The notes: generated by a model not told the origin, from the sequence alone. Shown: positions 9,881-19,707, counted from the first letter of the stretch. The stretch is DNA of 47,624 bases from an uncultured Gammaproteobacteria bacterium (GCA_929200405.1 CAKMZF010000003.1:1-47624), one strand, 5' to 3'. Numbers and translations are program-made.

Positions 9881-9905
9881 ACAAAACAAAACAAAACAAA
9901 ACAAA
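9881..9905. repeat. Pentanucleotide microsatellite (ACAAA)x5
   Basis: Direct reading gives acaaa acaaa acaaa acaaa acaaa. It lies in the debris region between the IS110 remnant and the monooxygenase gene. Confidence 0.9.
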
Positions 9906-10142
9906 ATAATATGATTTGAAAGCGCAAATTTTTTGTGTTTGTGTATTTGTGGGAGCGGTTGCTCTTTATTTTGTTGCTGCTGATATCGTTGCGTGGCGAG
10001 GAGGGTGTGAGGACAAATGGTTGGCCGCGGCACTAATGGTTGGTTTGAATTTCTTTAGGGGATTTAATCTGGCACTTGTGTATAGAATTTAACTATTTAT
10101 AGTTTATATAATCGGTCATATGAAAAAGGGCAAGAGTAAAGT

Positions 10143-11327
10143 ATGAGAGTAGCGATTTGCGGATGTGGTATTGGCGGTCTTGCCGCTGCCATTTTTGGGC
10201 AGCGTAGTGGCTTTGATGTGACACTGTTTGACCAGTTTGAAGTGCCAGAGCCGATAGGGTCTGGCTTGACTATACAGCCTGTTGGTTTGGCAATATTGGC
10301 ACAGTTGGGGGCGGCTAAAACTGCTTTAGCTAAAGGAGCTAAAGGGTTTCAGATGCTGGGGCATGAGGCAGCGAACGGGCGGGTGGTTTTAGATGTGTCT
10401 TATGGCGAGCGAGGGGGTGAATTTTTTGGTTTGGGGATTCATCGCTCAAGTCTTTTTGAAGCGATGTTGGAGGTTGCAAGGGCTGAGGGTGTTGCAATAA
10501 CTGCTCAGCATCGTGTTGTGTCTACTGAGGCAAATGATCAGGGGCGGTTTGTGCATTTTGCTAACGGAGCGTCAGTCGGGCCGTTTGATTTGGTTATAGA
10601 TACCTCTGGTGCGAACTCTGCTATTAGTCCTTTGGTTTCTAAGGCGTTGCCTTATGGCGCGATTTGGGGAACGGTTGATTGGCCAGAGGAATGTTTGTTG
10701 CCTTATGATCGCTTACAGCAGCGCTATTGTCGAGCTTCCAGTATGGTTGGTGTTATGCCAATTGGAACTTTGCCAAATGAGACGACTTTAAAAGCTGCTT
10801 TGTTTTGGTCTTTGCGACGTGATCAAATCGATTCATGGCAGGCGACACCGATAGAACAGTGGCGAGATCAAGCGACAGCGCTTTGGCCTGAGCTAAAGCC
10901 GTTTACGGATCAAATATCTGCCCATAGCCAAATGACACCAGCGGTTTATTCTCATGGCAGTCTTAGCAAGCCTTATGGTGACCGGATTGTGTTTATTGGG
11001 GACGCGGCGCATCGTGCCAGCCCGCAGTTGGGGCAAGGTGCGAATATGGCGTTGTTGGATGCTGCGGCATTGATGCAATGTCTTAACTTATATCCTCTTG
11101 AGCAGGCTCTGCCTAACTATATGAAATCGCGCAGGCGGCATGTAAATATTTATCAAGCGCTGAGCTGGGCGTTTACACCAATGTATCAATCTGACAGCCG
11201 GCTATTGCCAGTGTTAAGAGATTATATATTGGCTCCTTTGAGTCGTATGCCTCCGGCTCAAGCGATGTTGCGCAGTTTGGTGAAAGGCACGTTGGTTAAA
11301 TCAATACGTGGGTTGCCTCCTTTGTAA
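10143..11327 (+). CDS. FAD-dependent monooxygenase/oxidoreductase (UbiH / salicylate hydroxylase-like class A flavoprotein)
   Basis: 394 aa. It has the N-terminal Rossmann motif MRVAICGCGIGGLAAA and the second FAD fingerprint FIGDAAHRASPQLGQGANMALLDAAAL. The substrate is unknown. Confidence 0.8.
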   Translation: MRVAICGCGIGGLAAAIFGQRSGFDVTLFDQFEVPEPIGSGLTIQPVGLAILAQLGAAKTALAKGAKGFQMLGHEAANGRVVLDVSYGERGGEFFGLGIHRSSLFEAMLEVARAEGVAITAQHRVVSTEANDQGRFVHFANGASVGPFDLVIDTSGANSAISPLVSKALPYGAIWGTVDWPEECLLPYDRLQQRYCRASSMVGVMPIGTLPNETTLKAALFWSLRRDQIDSWQATPIEQWRDQATALWPELKPFTDQISAHSQMTPAVYSHGSLSKPYGDRIVFIGDAAHRASPQLGQGANMALLDAAALMQCLNLYPLEQALPNYMKSRRRHVNIYQALSWAFTPMYQSDSRLLPVLRDYILAPLSRMPPAQAMLRSLVKGTLVKSIRGLPPL

Positions 11328-11646
11328 TTGTAAGGTTTGAAAGAGGTATTTTGATGTTGCATTCTGTCTTTGCAGCGGATAGGAAAATACAAATATTCCT
11401 CTGATACTTGAAACATGACATTATGAAGCATAGATGAAAATTTCTTAAGTGAATGCAACTCAGTCAATGATCAGCCAATGGCTTGATTTATTTGCGGATT
11501 AAGTTGTGCATGAAGAATGCAGTTTATGATATTCTCTGCATCTTTATTTTCTCACGAAGTGCGATAATTTTCTTATCGACTTTACTGCCTTAGATTTCCC
11601 AAAATATACAGATATACACACTAGATGGACTTAATGGATTTTAGCT

Positions 11647-13176
11647 ATGGCTTCTAAAGATTTGGCTGCAAAAACAGACTCTAAAGGCGTATTTACAGAA
11701 GGCAGTACGCTGCGTCATATTATTGTGATGACGCTGACTGGTGCTGTCGGCATATTGGCTGTGATGATGGTGGATTTTATTGATTTACTTTATATCAAGT
11801 CTCTAGGTACTGCTGAAACTGCTGCCGCTATTGGTTTCTCTGGTAATGTGTTGTTTTATCTCACGTCTATTAATATTGGTATTTCTATTGCGGCTGGGGT
11901 GCTTATTGCTAAGGCGATAGGTAGAAGTGCTATCGATGAGGCCAAGCAGATATCGACGGACTTTTATTTGCTGTCATCTCTAGGCATGGCGGTGGTTGCA
12001 GTGATTTTGTGGTTTTATACACCTGCTATTCTAACGATGCTGGGCGCCGAGGGTAGAACACATGAATTAGCGACTTCTTATTTAAGAATTATGTGGTGGT
12101 CTGCGCCAATTTTTGTGTTGGGTTTTTGTGGCATGGCGATTTTGCGTTCTGCTGGCGATGCCAAGGGCTCAATGAGCTGCACTTTGATAGCGGCGATTGT
12201 TAATGCGGTTTTAGATCCGTTTTTTATTTTTGATCGTCCGCTGGTTTTGCTGGGCATTGATGCACCTATTGGGCTAGGCATGGGGATTGAGGGGGCAGCG
12301 GTGGCTTCGGTGATTGCGCGTATTGCTATGGCAGTGGTAGCTTTGCGAGCGGTGATTGGCAAGCATAAGATGATTGCGCCGATTGACCTGAGGCAGACGG
12401 CAAAGCATCTGCCGATGATTGGAGCGATCGCTGTGCCTGCGATGTTGACGAATTTTGCGACGCCGGTTGGTGACTCTTTTGTGACTAGAGCGATTGCGAG
12501 CTTTGGTGATGCTGCAGTTTCTGCTTATGCAGTTATTGGACGTTTGATTCCTATTGCTTTCGCGGTTACTTTTGCTTTGAGTGGGGCTATAGGGCCGATT
12601 ATTGCGCAGAATATGGGGGCGAAATTATATCCGCGTGTTCAGCAAATATTGAGGCAGGCGATTGGTTTTGTGGTGATTTATGTCGGTTTGGTGTGTTTGT
12701 TATTGCTAGCGTTAAAGCCAAATATTTTGTCTCTGTTTAGTGCTGTTGGAGATGAGGCCGAGCTGATTGCTTTTTTCCTAAATTATATCTCTTTCGGTTT
12801 TATCTTTATGGCGAGCATGTTTGTTGCCAATGCCAGTTTTAATAATATGGGCAAACCTACTTGGGCAACTGTACTGAACTTTACTCGGGCGTTGGGAGCG
12901 GTGCCGTTTTTGTTTGCTGGAGCTTATGTTATGGGTGCCAAGGGGGTGTTCTTAGGACAGATGTTGTGGACTGTTTGTGTTGCTGTTGTCGGGGTGTTTT
13001 TGTCGTTTAATTTATTGGGCAAAATAGCGATGGGTGATGAGGCGTTCTCTGGGGTCAGACGACGGCATAATTTTTGGCGAGTGCCCGTGTATTCGTTTAG
13101 TAGTTTTAAGGTGATGTCTGTTGAAGAGGGTGAAGCAATGCCTGTGGCAATGGGTGATGATGATAGAGAACTGTAG
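11647..13176 (+). CDS. MATE family efflux transporter (paralog of 167..1591) with an acidic C-terminal tail
   Basis: 509-aa polytopic membrane protein that aligns with the first MATE over the whole core. The extra C-terminal cytoplasmic tail ends in EEGEAMPVAMGDDDREL. Confidence 0.85.
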   Translation: MASKDLAAKTDSKGVFTEGSTLRHIIVMTLTGAVGILAVMMVDFIDLLYIKSLGTAETAAAIGFSGNVLFYLTSINIGISIAAGVLIAKAIGRSAIDEAKQISTDFYLLSSLGMAVVAVILWFYTPAILTMLGAEGRTHELATSYLRIMWWSAPIFVLGFCGMAILRSAGDAKGSMSCTLIAAIVNAVLDPFFIFDRPLVLLGIDAPIGLGMGIEGAAVASVIARIAMAVVALRAVIGKHKMIAPIDLRQTAKHLPMIGAIAVPAMLTNFATPVGDSFVTRAIASFGDAAVSAYAVIGRLIPIAFAVTFALSGAIGPIIAQNMGAKLYPRVQQILRQAIGFVVIYVGLVCLLLLALKPNILSLFSAVGDEAELIAFFLNYISFGFIFMASMFVANASFNNMGKPTWATVLNFTRALGAVPFLFAGAYVMGAKGVFLGQMLWTVCVAVVGVFLSFNLLGKIAMGDEAFSGVRRRHNFWRVPVYSFSSFKVMSVEEGEAMPVAMGDDDREL

Positions 13177-13221
13177 ATAACTAGAGCTATTGTGGGTCTG
13201 CAATTAGGATGAGCATGGTGA

Positions 13222-13250
13222 CTTGAAAAAGTTATCCACAACCCGCATCT
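13222..13250 (+). promoter_or_regulatory. Sigma-32 (RpoH) heat-shock promoter of clpB
   Basis: CTTGAAA (13222-13228), a 13-14 nt spacer, then CCCGCATCT (13242-13250). The consensus is CTTGAAA-N13-15-CCCCATNT. The -10 element ends about 40 nt upstream of the clpB ATG. Confidence 0.55.
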
Positions 13251-13289
13251 CTGTTTTATTAAAGATATAAAAATTAGAGGTGTTTGTTT

Positions 13290-15869
13290 ATGAGAGCAGA
13301 TAAATTTACCAGTCGGTTTCAACATGCCCTTGCGGAGGCGCAGAGTCTTGCTGTTGGCAAGGGGCAGCAGTTTATTGAGCCCATTCATTTATTAAAAGCG
13401 GTAGTAGATCAGGAGGGTAGCACTGCGGCTACTCTGATTCAGCGTGCTGGCGGTAGTGTGGCGACAGTCAAAACTCGATTGCTGGATGAGATAGAGGCTT
13501 TGCCTCAGGTTGAGGGTACGGCAGGTGACGTGCAGGTATCTAATGATTTGGCTAAGTTGCTAAATGTCACTGATAAAATTGCTCAAGACAGAGGGGATGC
13601 TTATATTGCTTCTGAGTTGTTTTTGCTGGCTTGCGTACAGAGTAAATCTGCTGTCGGCCGTATTCTGAAAGAAGCAGGGCTGACTAAAGAGTATGTAACG
13701 CAGGCGATTGATGCATTGCGCGGTGGTGAGACGGTGAGTGACCCTAATGCGGAGTCTCAACGTGAAGCATTAGAGAAGTACACCGATAATTTGACCGATA
13801 GAGCGCGCTCTAGCAAGCTTGATCCTGTTATTGGTCGTGATGAAGAGATTCGACGGGCGATTCAGGTGCTACAACGGCGCACTAAAAATAACCCTGTGTT
13901 AATTGGTGAGCCTGGTGTAGGTAAGACGGCAATTATAGAAGGGTTGGCGCAGCGCATTATTAACGGTGAGGTGCCTGAGCAACTGAAGAATAAAGAGGTG
14001 TTGTCTCTTGATCTCGCAGCTTTGCTTGCTGGGGCTAAGTATCGTGGTGATTTTGAGGAGCGGTTGAAATCTGTGCTTAATGATGTCGCTAAGAGCGATG
14101 GCCGTATTGTGTTATTTATTGATGAGATACACATGATGGTTGGCGCTGGTAAAACCGATGGTGCAATGGATGCTGGGAATATGTTAAAGCCTGCGTTGGC
14201 GCGTGGTGAGTTGCATTGCATTGGGGCGACGACGCTTGATGAGTATCGCCAGTATATTGAAAAGGATGCTGCTTTAGAAAGACGTTTTCAAAAAGTGCAG
14301 GTGGATGAGCCTTCGGTGGAGGATACTATTGCTATTTTGCGTGGCTTGAATGAGAAGTATGAGGTGCATCATGGTGTTGATATCACCGACCCTGCTTTAG
14401 TGGCTGCGGCGACATTATCGCATCGTTATATCAGTGGTCGTCAATTGCCAGATAAGGCGATTGATCTGATAGATGAGGCGGCGAGTCGCATTCGCATAGA
14501 GATGGATTCTAAGCCAGAGAAAATGGATCGCTTAGAGCGTAAGTTGATTCAACTGAAAATTGAGCGTGAGGCGGTTAAAAAAGAATTGGACTCCGCTTCT
14601 CAAAAAAGGTTGGCAGCAATTGAGACAGACATTGACGCTTTAGAGAAGGAGTATGCGGATTTAGAAGAGATTTGGCTCTCTGAGAAGTCTCGCCTGCAAG
14701 GGGCTGCAAATATTAAAGAGCAGCTGGATAAGCTGCGCATTGAGATGGAAGATGCTCGTCGCAGAGGTGATTTGGCGAAAGCTTCGGAGTTGCAGTATGG
14801 GGCGCTGCCAGAGCTGGAACAGCAGTTGCTTGATGCTCAGGCGAAGGAGGGCGAGAGTTTCACGCTGCTGAGAAATAATGTTACTGAAGATGAGATTGCC
14901 GAGGTGGTATCTCGCTGGACTGGTGTGCCGATTTCTCGGATGCTTGAGGGTGAACGAGATAAGTTGTTGCGGCTGGAGTCTCATTTGCATGAGCGCGTGG
15001 TGGGGCAGGATGATGCGGTGACAGCTGTGGCAAATGCGATTCGACGCTCCCGTGCGGGCTTGGCGAGTCCTGATCGTCCGAATGGTTCTTTTCTGTTCCT
15101 TGGCCCAACTGGTGTGGGTAAGACAGAGCTGTGTAAAGCGCTGGCAAACTTTTTGTTTGATACCGAAGAGGCGATTGTCCGTATCGATATGTCTGAGTTT
15201 ATGGAGAAGCATTCCATCGCAAGGTTGATCGGTGCGCCACCGGGATATGTCGGCTATGACGAAGGTGGCTATTTGACAGAAGCGGTGCGCCGCAAACCTT
15301 ATTCGGTTGTGTTGCTGGACGAGGTTGAGAAAGCGCACCCTGATGTGTTCAATATTCTGTTGCAGGTGTTGGATGACGGAAGACTGACAGACGGTCAAGG
15401 CCGAACGGTGGATTTTCGTAATACCATTATTGTGATGACTTCTAACCTAGGTGCGGATCGCATACAGCGGTTAACGCTTGAGGGCAGTGATCAGTCAGCA
15501 ATTCGTGATGCTGTAATGGAGGCAGTAAACGCACAGTTTAGGCCGGAGTTTATTAACCGGATTGATGAGTCTGTGGTGTTTACACCATTGGCAGCTGAGC
15601 AAATTGCTGTTATTGCCAAAATCCGTTTAGAGGACTTGCGCCAACGCTTAGCGAGTCGGGATATTGAGATGAATATCACGGATGAGGCTTTAGCTAAATT
15701 AGCCGAAGCGGGGTTTGATCCTGTATTTGGTGCGAGACCATTAAACAGAGCGATTCAGCAGTTAATAGAAAACCCGCTGGCAGAGAGATTGCTGTCAGGA
15801 GCGACTGATAGTGATTCTGTGTTAGAAATTGGTTATGATGTTGAGAGTGATAGTTTCACCTTTAGCTAA
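13290..15869 (+). CDS. clpB: ATP-dependent disaggregase chaperone ClpB
   Basis: It has two AAA+ modules (GEPGVGKTA and GPTGVGKTE) and a long coiled-coil middle domain. The N-terminus [21 protein letters not shown] matches ClpB. I take the start at ATG 13290 (SD agagg at 13276-13280) rather than the track TTG at 13284. Confidence 0.95.
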   Translation: MRADKFTSRFQHALAEAQSLAVGKGQQFIEPIHLLKAVVDQEGSTAATLIQRAGGSVATVKTRLLDEIEALPQVEGTAGDVQVSNDLAKLLNVTDKIAQDRGDAYIASELFLLACVQSKSAVGRILKEAGLTKEYVTQAIDALRGGETVSDPNAESQREALEKYTDNLTDRARSSKLDPVIGRDEEIRRAIQVLQRRTKNNPVLIGEPGVGKTAIIEGLAQRIINGEVPEQLKNKEVLSLDLAALLAGAKYRGDFEERLKSVLNDVAKSDGRIVLFIDEIHMMVGAGKTDGAMDAGNMLKPALARGELHCIGATTLDEYRQYIEKDAALERRFQKVQVDEPSVEDTIAILRGLNEKYEVHHGVDITDPALVAAATLSHRYISGRQLPDKAIDLIDEAASRIRIEMDSKPEKMDRLERKLIQLKIEREAVKKELDSASQKRLAAIETDIDALEKEYADLEEIWLSEKSRLQGAANIKEQLDKLRIEMEDARRRGDLAKASELQYGALPELEQQLLDAQAKEGESFTLLRNNVTEDEIAEVVSRWTGVPISRMLEGERDKLLRLESHLHERVVGQDDAVTAVANAIRRSRAGLASPDRPNGSFLFLGPTGVGKTELCKALANFLFDTEEAIVRIDMSEFMEKHSIARLIGAPPGYVGYDEGGYLTEAVRRKPYSVVLLDEVEKAHPDVFNILLQVLDDGRLTDGQGRTVDFRNTIIVMTSNLGADRIQRLTLEGSDQSAIRDAVMEAVNAQFRPEFINRIDESVVFTPLAAEQIAVIAKIRLEDLRQRLASRDIEMNITDEALAKLAEAGFDPVFGARPLNRAIQQLIENPLAERLLSGATDSDSVLEIGYDVESDSFTFS

Positions 15870-15903
15870 CTATAGCTAGCAGTGTATTCTCTGTTGTTTG
15901 TTT

Positions 15904-15934
15904 AAAGCCTACCTGCGGGTAGGCTTTTTATTTA
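15904..15934 (+). terminator. Rho-independent terminator after clpB
   Basis: The stem is aaagcctacc / ggtaggcttt with loop tgcg, followed by ttatttatt. Confidence 0.75.
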
Positions 15935-15978
15935 TTGGGATTGATTTACAATGCATATATAATTTAAAGAGAGGCATT

Positions 15979-17808
15979 ATGTGCGGAATTGTTGCAGGAG
16001 TTGCAGAGAGGTCTGTAGCACCGATTTTAGTTGAAGGTTTACGCCGTTTAGAGTATCGAGGCTATGACTCTGCTGGTATGGCTGTGTTTACAGGCACTGA
16101 GATAGAGCGAGCTCGGGTTTTGGGGAAAGTTGTTGGTCTAACTGAACAATTAGAGCAAAAGCCGTTGGTCGGTGGTCTGGGGATTGCTCATACACGCTGG
16201 GCTACACATGGCAGACCAAGCGAAATGAATGCGCATCCGCATATCAGCGGTTCAGATATTGCGCTTGTGCATAACGGCATTATTGAAAATCACGAAGCTT
16301 TACGAGCGGAGCTATTGACGGATGGTTATAATTTCGCATCAGAAACGGACTCTGAAGTGGTTGTGCACTTGTTGGCGAAGGTTTACAGCGAAACCAAAGA
16401 TTTTGTAGAGGCTTTTCGTCAAGTTGTTAGTCGGCTAGAGGGTGCTTTTGCATTAGCGGCAATTCATGCTGAGGACTCAACTTCAATGATGATTGCCAGA
16501 AATGGGCCTCCATTGGTGCTTGGTCATGGTTTGGGTGAGAATTTTGCTGCTTCTGATATGTATGCGTTACTGCCAGTAACCAATCAATTCACAGTGTTAG
16601 AGGATGGTGATATCGCTCATGTTACCCGAGCGTCTGTGACGTTATGGGATAAAGCTGGTGAGTTGGTCGAACGTGCTCAAGTTACTTCCACCCAGTCTAA
16701 TGACGTAGCGGACAAGCAGGGTTATAAGCATTATATGCTCAAAGAGATACACGAGCAGCCTAATGCGGTTTTACAAACTCTAGAGGGTAGATTGGGGCAA
16801 GTTCAAGTGCTGCCAGGTAGTTTTGGGCCAGATGCTGATAGTTTTTTTGGTGGTGTGGAGAATATTCATATCATTGCTTGCGGTACTAGCTCTTATGCTG
16901 GTATGGTTTCTAGGTTATGGTATGAAACGTTAGGTATTCCGACGACGGTTGAGATTGCCAGTGAGTATCGCTATCGCCAAGTAGCGATGCCTAAAAACAC
17001 CATGATAATTGGAATTTCTCAATCCGGAGAGACAGCAGACACTATGGCTGCTCTGGAGTATGCTATAGAGAATGGTGCCAGAGGCGTGCTAGCTATATGC
17101 AATGCGCCCGAGAGTTCAATCACTCGATTGGCAAAAATCACCTTGCTTACACGTGCTGGCAGAGAAATTGGTGTAGCTTCTACCAAAGCGTTTACTGCGC
17201 AGCTAACCGCACTGGCTTTGGTTGCGGGTTATATTGCTCAGCTCAGAGGTGATGATGAATTTGCAGCAGAGATGACTGCAGCGCTTAAAGCTTTACCAGA
17301 ACAAATCGTAGAGGCGTTGGCATTAGACAAACAGATTGATCAATGGGCGGAGCATATCTTGCACAAAGACAATGCGTTGTTTTTGGGTCGTGGGCTGCAT
17401 TTTCCGATATCGCTTGAAGGGGCATTGAAGCTGAAAGAGATTTCTTATATTCATGCAGAAGCTTATCCAGCAGGTGAGTTGAAGCATGGGCCTTTGGCTT
17501 TGGTGGATGAAAATATGCCTATAGTTGCTATAGCGCCGCAGGATGAGTTACTAGAAAAAGTATTGTCAAATTTACATGAAGTAGAGGCGCGTGGTGGCGA
17601 ACTATTTATATTAGCAGGCGAGGGCGTGAATTATGAGCCAGAACAAAGTAACTTAGTGCATATTATTAAGATGCCAGCAGTTAGTCGGCTATTAAGTCCA
17701 TTGGTTTATACGATTCCATTGCAACTGCTGTCTTACAAAGTGGCGCTAATGCGTGGAACGGATGTTGATCAACCGCGTAACTTAGCCAAGTCGGTGACGG
17801 TAGAGTAA
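15979..17808 (+). CDS. glmS: Glutamine--fructose-6-phosphate aminotransferase (isomerizing)
   Basis: The protein must begin Met-Cys, because Cys1 is the catalytic nucleophile: MCGIVAGV at 15979, with SD aagagagg upstream. It has two SIS domains and the canonical C-terminus KSVTVE. The result is 609 aa. The track start at 15898 runs through the clpB terminator. Confidence 0.95.
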   Translation: MCGIVAGVAERSVAPILVEGLRRLEYRGYDSAGMAVFTGTEIERARVLGKVVGLTEQLEQKPLVGGLGIAHTRWATHGRPSEMNAHPHISGSDIALVHNGIIENHEALRAELLTDGYNFASETDSEVVVHLLAKVYSETKDFVEAFRQVVSRLEGAFALAAIHAEDSTSMMIARNGPPLVLGHGLGENFAASDMYALLPVTNQFTVLEDGDIAHVTRASVTLWDKAGELVERAQVTSTQSNDVADKQGYKHYMLKEIHEQPNAVLQTLEGRLGQVQVLPGSFGPDADSFFGGVENIHIIACGTSSYAGMVSRLWYETLGIPTTVEIASEYRYRQVAMPKNTMIIGISQSGETADTMAALEYAIENGARGVLAICNAPESSITRLAKITLLTRAGREIGVASTKAFTAQLTALALVAGYIAQLRGDDEFAAEMTAALKALPEQIVEALALDKQIDQWAEHILHKDNALFLGRGLHFPISLEGALKLKEISYIHAEAYPAGELKHGPLALVDENMPIVAIAPQDELLEKVLSNLHEVEARGGELFILAGEGVNYEPEQSNLVHIIKMPAVSRLLSPLVYTIPLQLLSYKVALMRGTDVDQPRNLAKSVTVE

Positions 17809-17863
17809 AAGGTTAATAGTAAAATCATGGTAGTGAATTCTATGGTTTTGTCTTTGTCAGTCT

Positions 17864-18412
17864 TTATGATGTTAATACTGATGCGATTTTTTGCATCAAT
17901 GGCTTAGCGTCACTCTCAATGTAGCAGCTCGCTAGCGTGCCATCGCTAGCAAACTGATGATTTTCTATAGTTTGCAAAAAACTGATAAGTTGATGGTAGT
18001 AGCCGTCGTAGTTCACTATGCCAATAGGCTTGTTGTGCTGGCCTATATTGCGCATAGTCCAGACTTCAAATAGTTCATCAAAAGTCCCGTACCCTCCGGG
18101 TAGAGAAATAAAGGCATCACTTAATTCAAGCATTTTGGTTTTTCGCTCTGCCATTGTATTAACTTCTATTAACTGATGCAGTCCTGTGTGGGTTTCTTCG
18201 AGATGATCCAATTGATGCGGACGAATCCCTATGGTGGTAACTCCTAAAGAAATAGCTGTTTCAGCAATAACGCCCATTAACCCAGAAGTACTGCCGCCAT
18301 AGACTAATTGGTGACCGCTGTCTGCTATGGCCTGAGCCAAGGCGATTGCCGGGTTGTGAAAGTGTTTATCAACGCTATCTCTAGCGCCACAAAATACACA
18401 TATGTTCGCCAC
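17864..18412 (-). CDS. LOG family protein (TIGR00730; nucleotide 5'-monophosphate nucleosidase / cytokinin riboside 5'-monophosphate phosphoribohydrolase-like)
   Basis: 182 aa with the PGGYGTFDELFE motif and the GGSTSGLMG nucleotide-binding loop. It uses a GTG start preceded by AGGAG. Confidence 0.8.
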   Translation of the reverse strand: MANICVFCGARDSVDKHFHNPAIALAQAIADSGHQLVYGGSTSGLMGVIAETAISLGVTTIGIRPHQLDHLEETHTGLHQLIEVNTMAERKTKMLELSDAFISLPGGYGTFDELFEVWTMRNIGQHNKPIGIVNYDGYYHQLISFLQTIENHQFASDGTLASCYIESDAKPLMQKIASVLTS

Positions 18413-18888
18413 TGAAATGCTCCTGAGTAAGTGTTTTTATTAGTACCCGAGAGTAACATTTCTGACGATTAAAATCGAATGAGTGGCAGAGTAGATCATT
18501 GGTGAGTGTGATAAAAGGTAGGGGAAAATTGGTTTGTCTTTTTAAGATTCGGTCTATGTAAATACCGAAGGAAATTTATAAATAAATGAAAACTGAAGAT
18601 TTATACTACTGCGTCAGTCATTTCCGGTTACAATTAGTCAGAATTGAGTTGTGATGATGGGGTAAGAAATGGTATCCTATTCGCTGATTTTTTAGTGTCT
18701 GATCAAATTGATGATATAAATTAAGCTCGTTGGTTTAGAACAAGGGCGCGTGTACATTATTGTAAGTGGAAAAAAGACTGGATTATCAAGTGTATAGTGG
18801 GAATTTCGGATGAGGGATTATTACTATATTAGGCTATCATAGCTATAAGAAACGATTTTAAGATTTTAGTTTGCATCTGGAGAGCAGA

Positions 18889-19707
18889 ATGAAGGGTACT
18901 GTAAATAAGACCTCTGTTACAAAATATATGACGATGTTTTCTCGTTGTACGATAGCCGCAATAGCAACGTTAGTTGGCTCAGCTGCAACGGCGGAGTATG
19001 GACTTAATATGACGGAAGGCGTTACCGATATCAGTAAGCAGGTCTACGGCTTGCATATGATGGTGTTGGGTATTTGTATAATCGCCTCAATCGTTGTTTA
19101 TGGGGTTATCGTTTATAGTTTAGTAAAGCATCGCAAATCCAAAGGGGCTGTGGCTGCACAGTTTCATGAAAGCACTACTGTGGAGATTTTGTGGACAGCT
19201 GTGCCATTAATTGTATTAGTGTTGATGGCAATTCCGGCGACTAAGACTTTGATAGCGATGGAAGATTCACGTAACTCAGAGATGACGGTAAAGATTACTG
19301 GTTATCAGTGGAAGTGGCACTATGATTATCAAGGTGAAGGGGTTGATTTCTTCTCCACTCTAAGCACACCAGCCGCACAGATTTATAATCGTGAGGAAAA
19401 AGGCGAACATTATCTGTTAGAGGTCGATAAGCCTTTGGTCATTCCTGTTGATACTAAAGTGAGATTCGTATTGACAGCTGCGGATGTGATTCATAGCTGG
19501 TGGGTTCCTGATTTGGGTTGGAAGAAGGATGCTATTCCAGGTATGGTTAATGATTCTTGGACAGAAATTATCGATGGTCCGGGGATTTATAGGGGGCAGT
19601 GCGCTGAGCTATGTGGCCGCGATCATGGATTTATGCCAATAGTTGTTCGGGCTTTGTCGAAAGAAGATTATAAAGCTTGGTTAGAAGAACAAAAAAATAG
19701 CATCTAG
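18889..19707 (+). CDS. coxB: Cytochrome c oxidase subunit II (aa3-type, no fused cytochrome c domain)
   Basis: It has a signal peptide plus two TM segments. The CuA site is HSWWVPDLG...GQCAELCGRDHGFM. I take the start at ATG 18889 after ggagag rather than the TTG at 18871. Confidence 0.9.
   Translation: MKGTVNKTSVTKYMTMFSRCTIAAIATLVGSAATAEYGLNMTEGVTDISKQVYGLHMMVLGICIIASIVVYGVIVYSLVKHRKSKGAVAAQFHESTTVEILWTAVPLIVLVLMAIPATKTLIAMEDSRNSEMTVKITGYQWKWHYDYQGEGVDFFSTLSTPAAQIYNREEKGEHYLLEVDKPLVIPVDTKVRFVLTAADVIHSWWVPDLGWKKDAIPGMVNDSWTEIIDGPGIYRGQCAELCGRDHGFMPIVVRALSKEDYKAWLEEQKNSI

Noticed and set aside
9270-10033. Tracked ORFs 9270..9488 (+), 9621..9914 (+) and 9758..10033 (-) as real genes.
   Set aside because: The 9621 ORF starts with a genuine IS110 motif (MEACSSSHDWAR), but its IS110 similarity ends after about 30-35 residues and resumes in a different frame (from 9746). 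The other two have no motifs and lie in IS debris and microsatellite sequence. I treat them as pseudogene fragments or noise.
11328-11646. The 319-nt leader upstream of MATE2 as a guanidine or fluoride-type riboswitch, as such elements often precede exporters.
   Set aside because: I could not find the conserved cores of the ykkC, mini-ykkC or crcB motifs as I remember them. Only short 6-bp inverted repeats are present. An Rfam cmscan would be needed to exclude this properly.
12924-13388. A 154-aa minus-strand ORF spanning the MATE2 3' end, the sigma-32 promoter and the clpB 5' end.
   Set aside because: It overlaps two well-supported genes and a promoter, and it has no recognisable motif. It is most simply a chance open frame.
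14661-15398. A 245-aa ORF antisense to clpB, plus other long antisense ORFs inside clpB (13862..14221, 14881..15147, 14981..15217).
   Set aside because: The antisense codons are in exact register with the clpB codons, because 15398 is a third codon position. The ORF therefore stays open simply because TTA, CTA and TCA sense codons are absent from this stretch of clpB. The translation is low-complexity (Q/R/L/H-rich) with no motif, SD or promoter.
18413-18888. The 476-nt divergent intergenic region between LOG and coxB, as a hiding place for an sRNA, riboswitch or FNR/ANR box.
   Set aside because: I scanned both strands by eye. I found only a 6-bp hairpin (TTCGGT..ACCGAA) and TGAT-type direct repeats that do not fit TTGAT-N4-ATCAA. 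There is no supported feature without transcript data or covariance searches.
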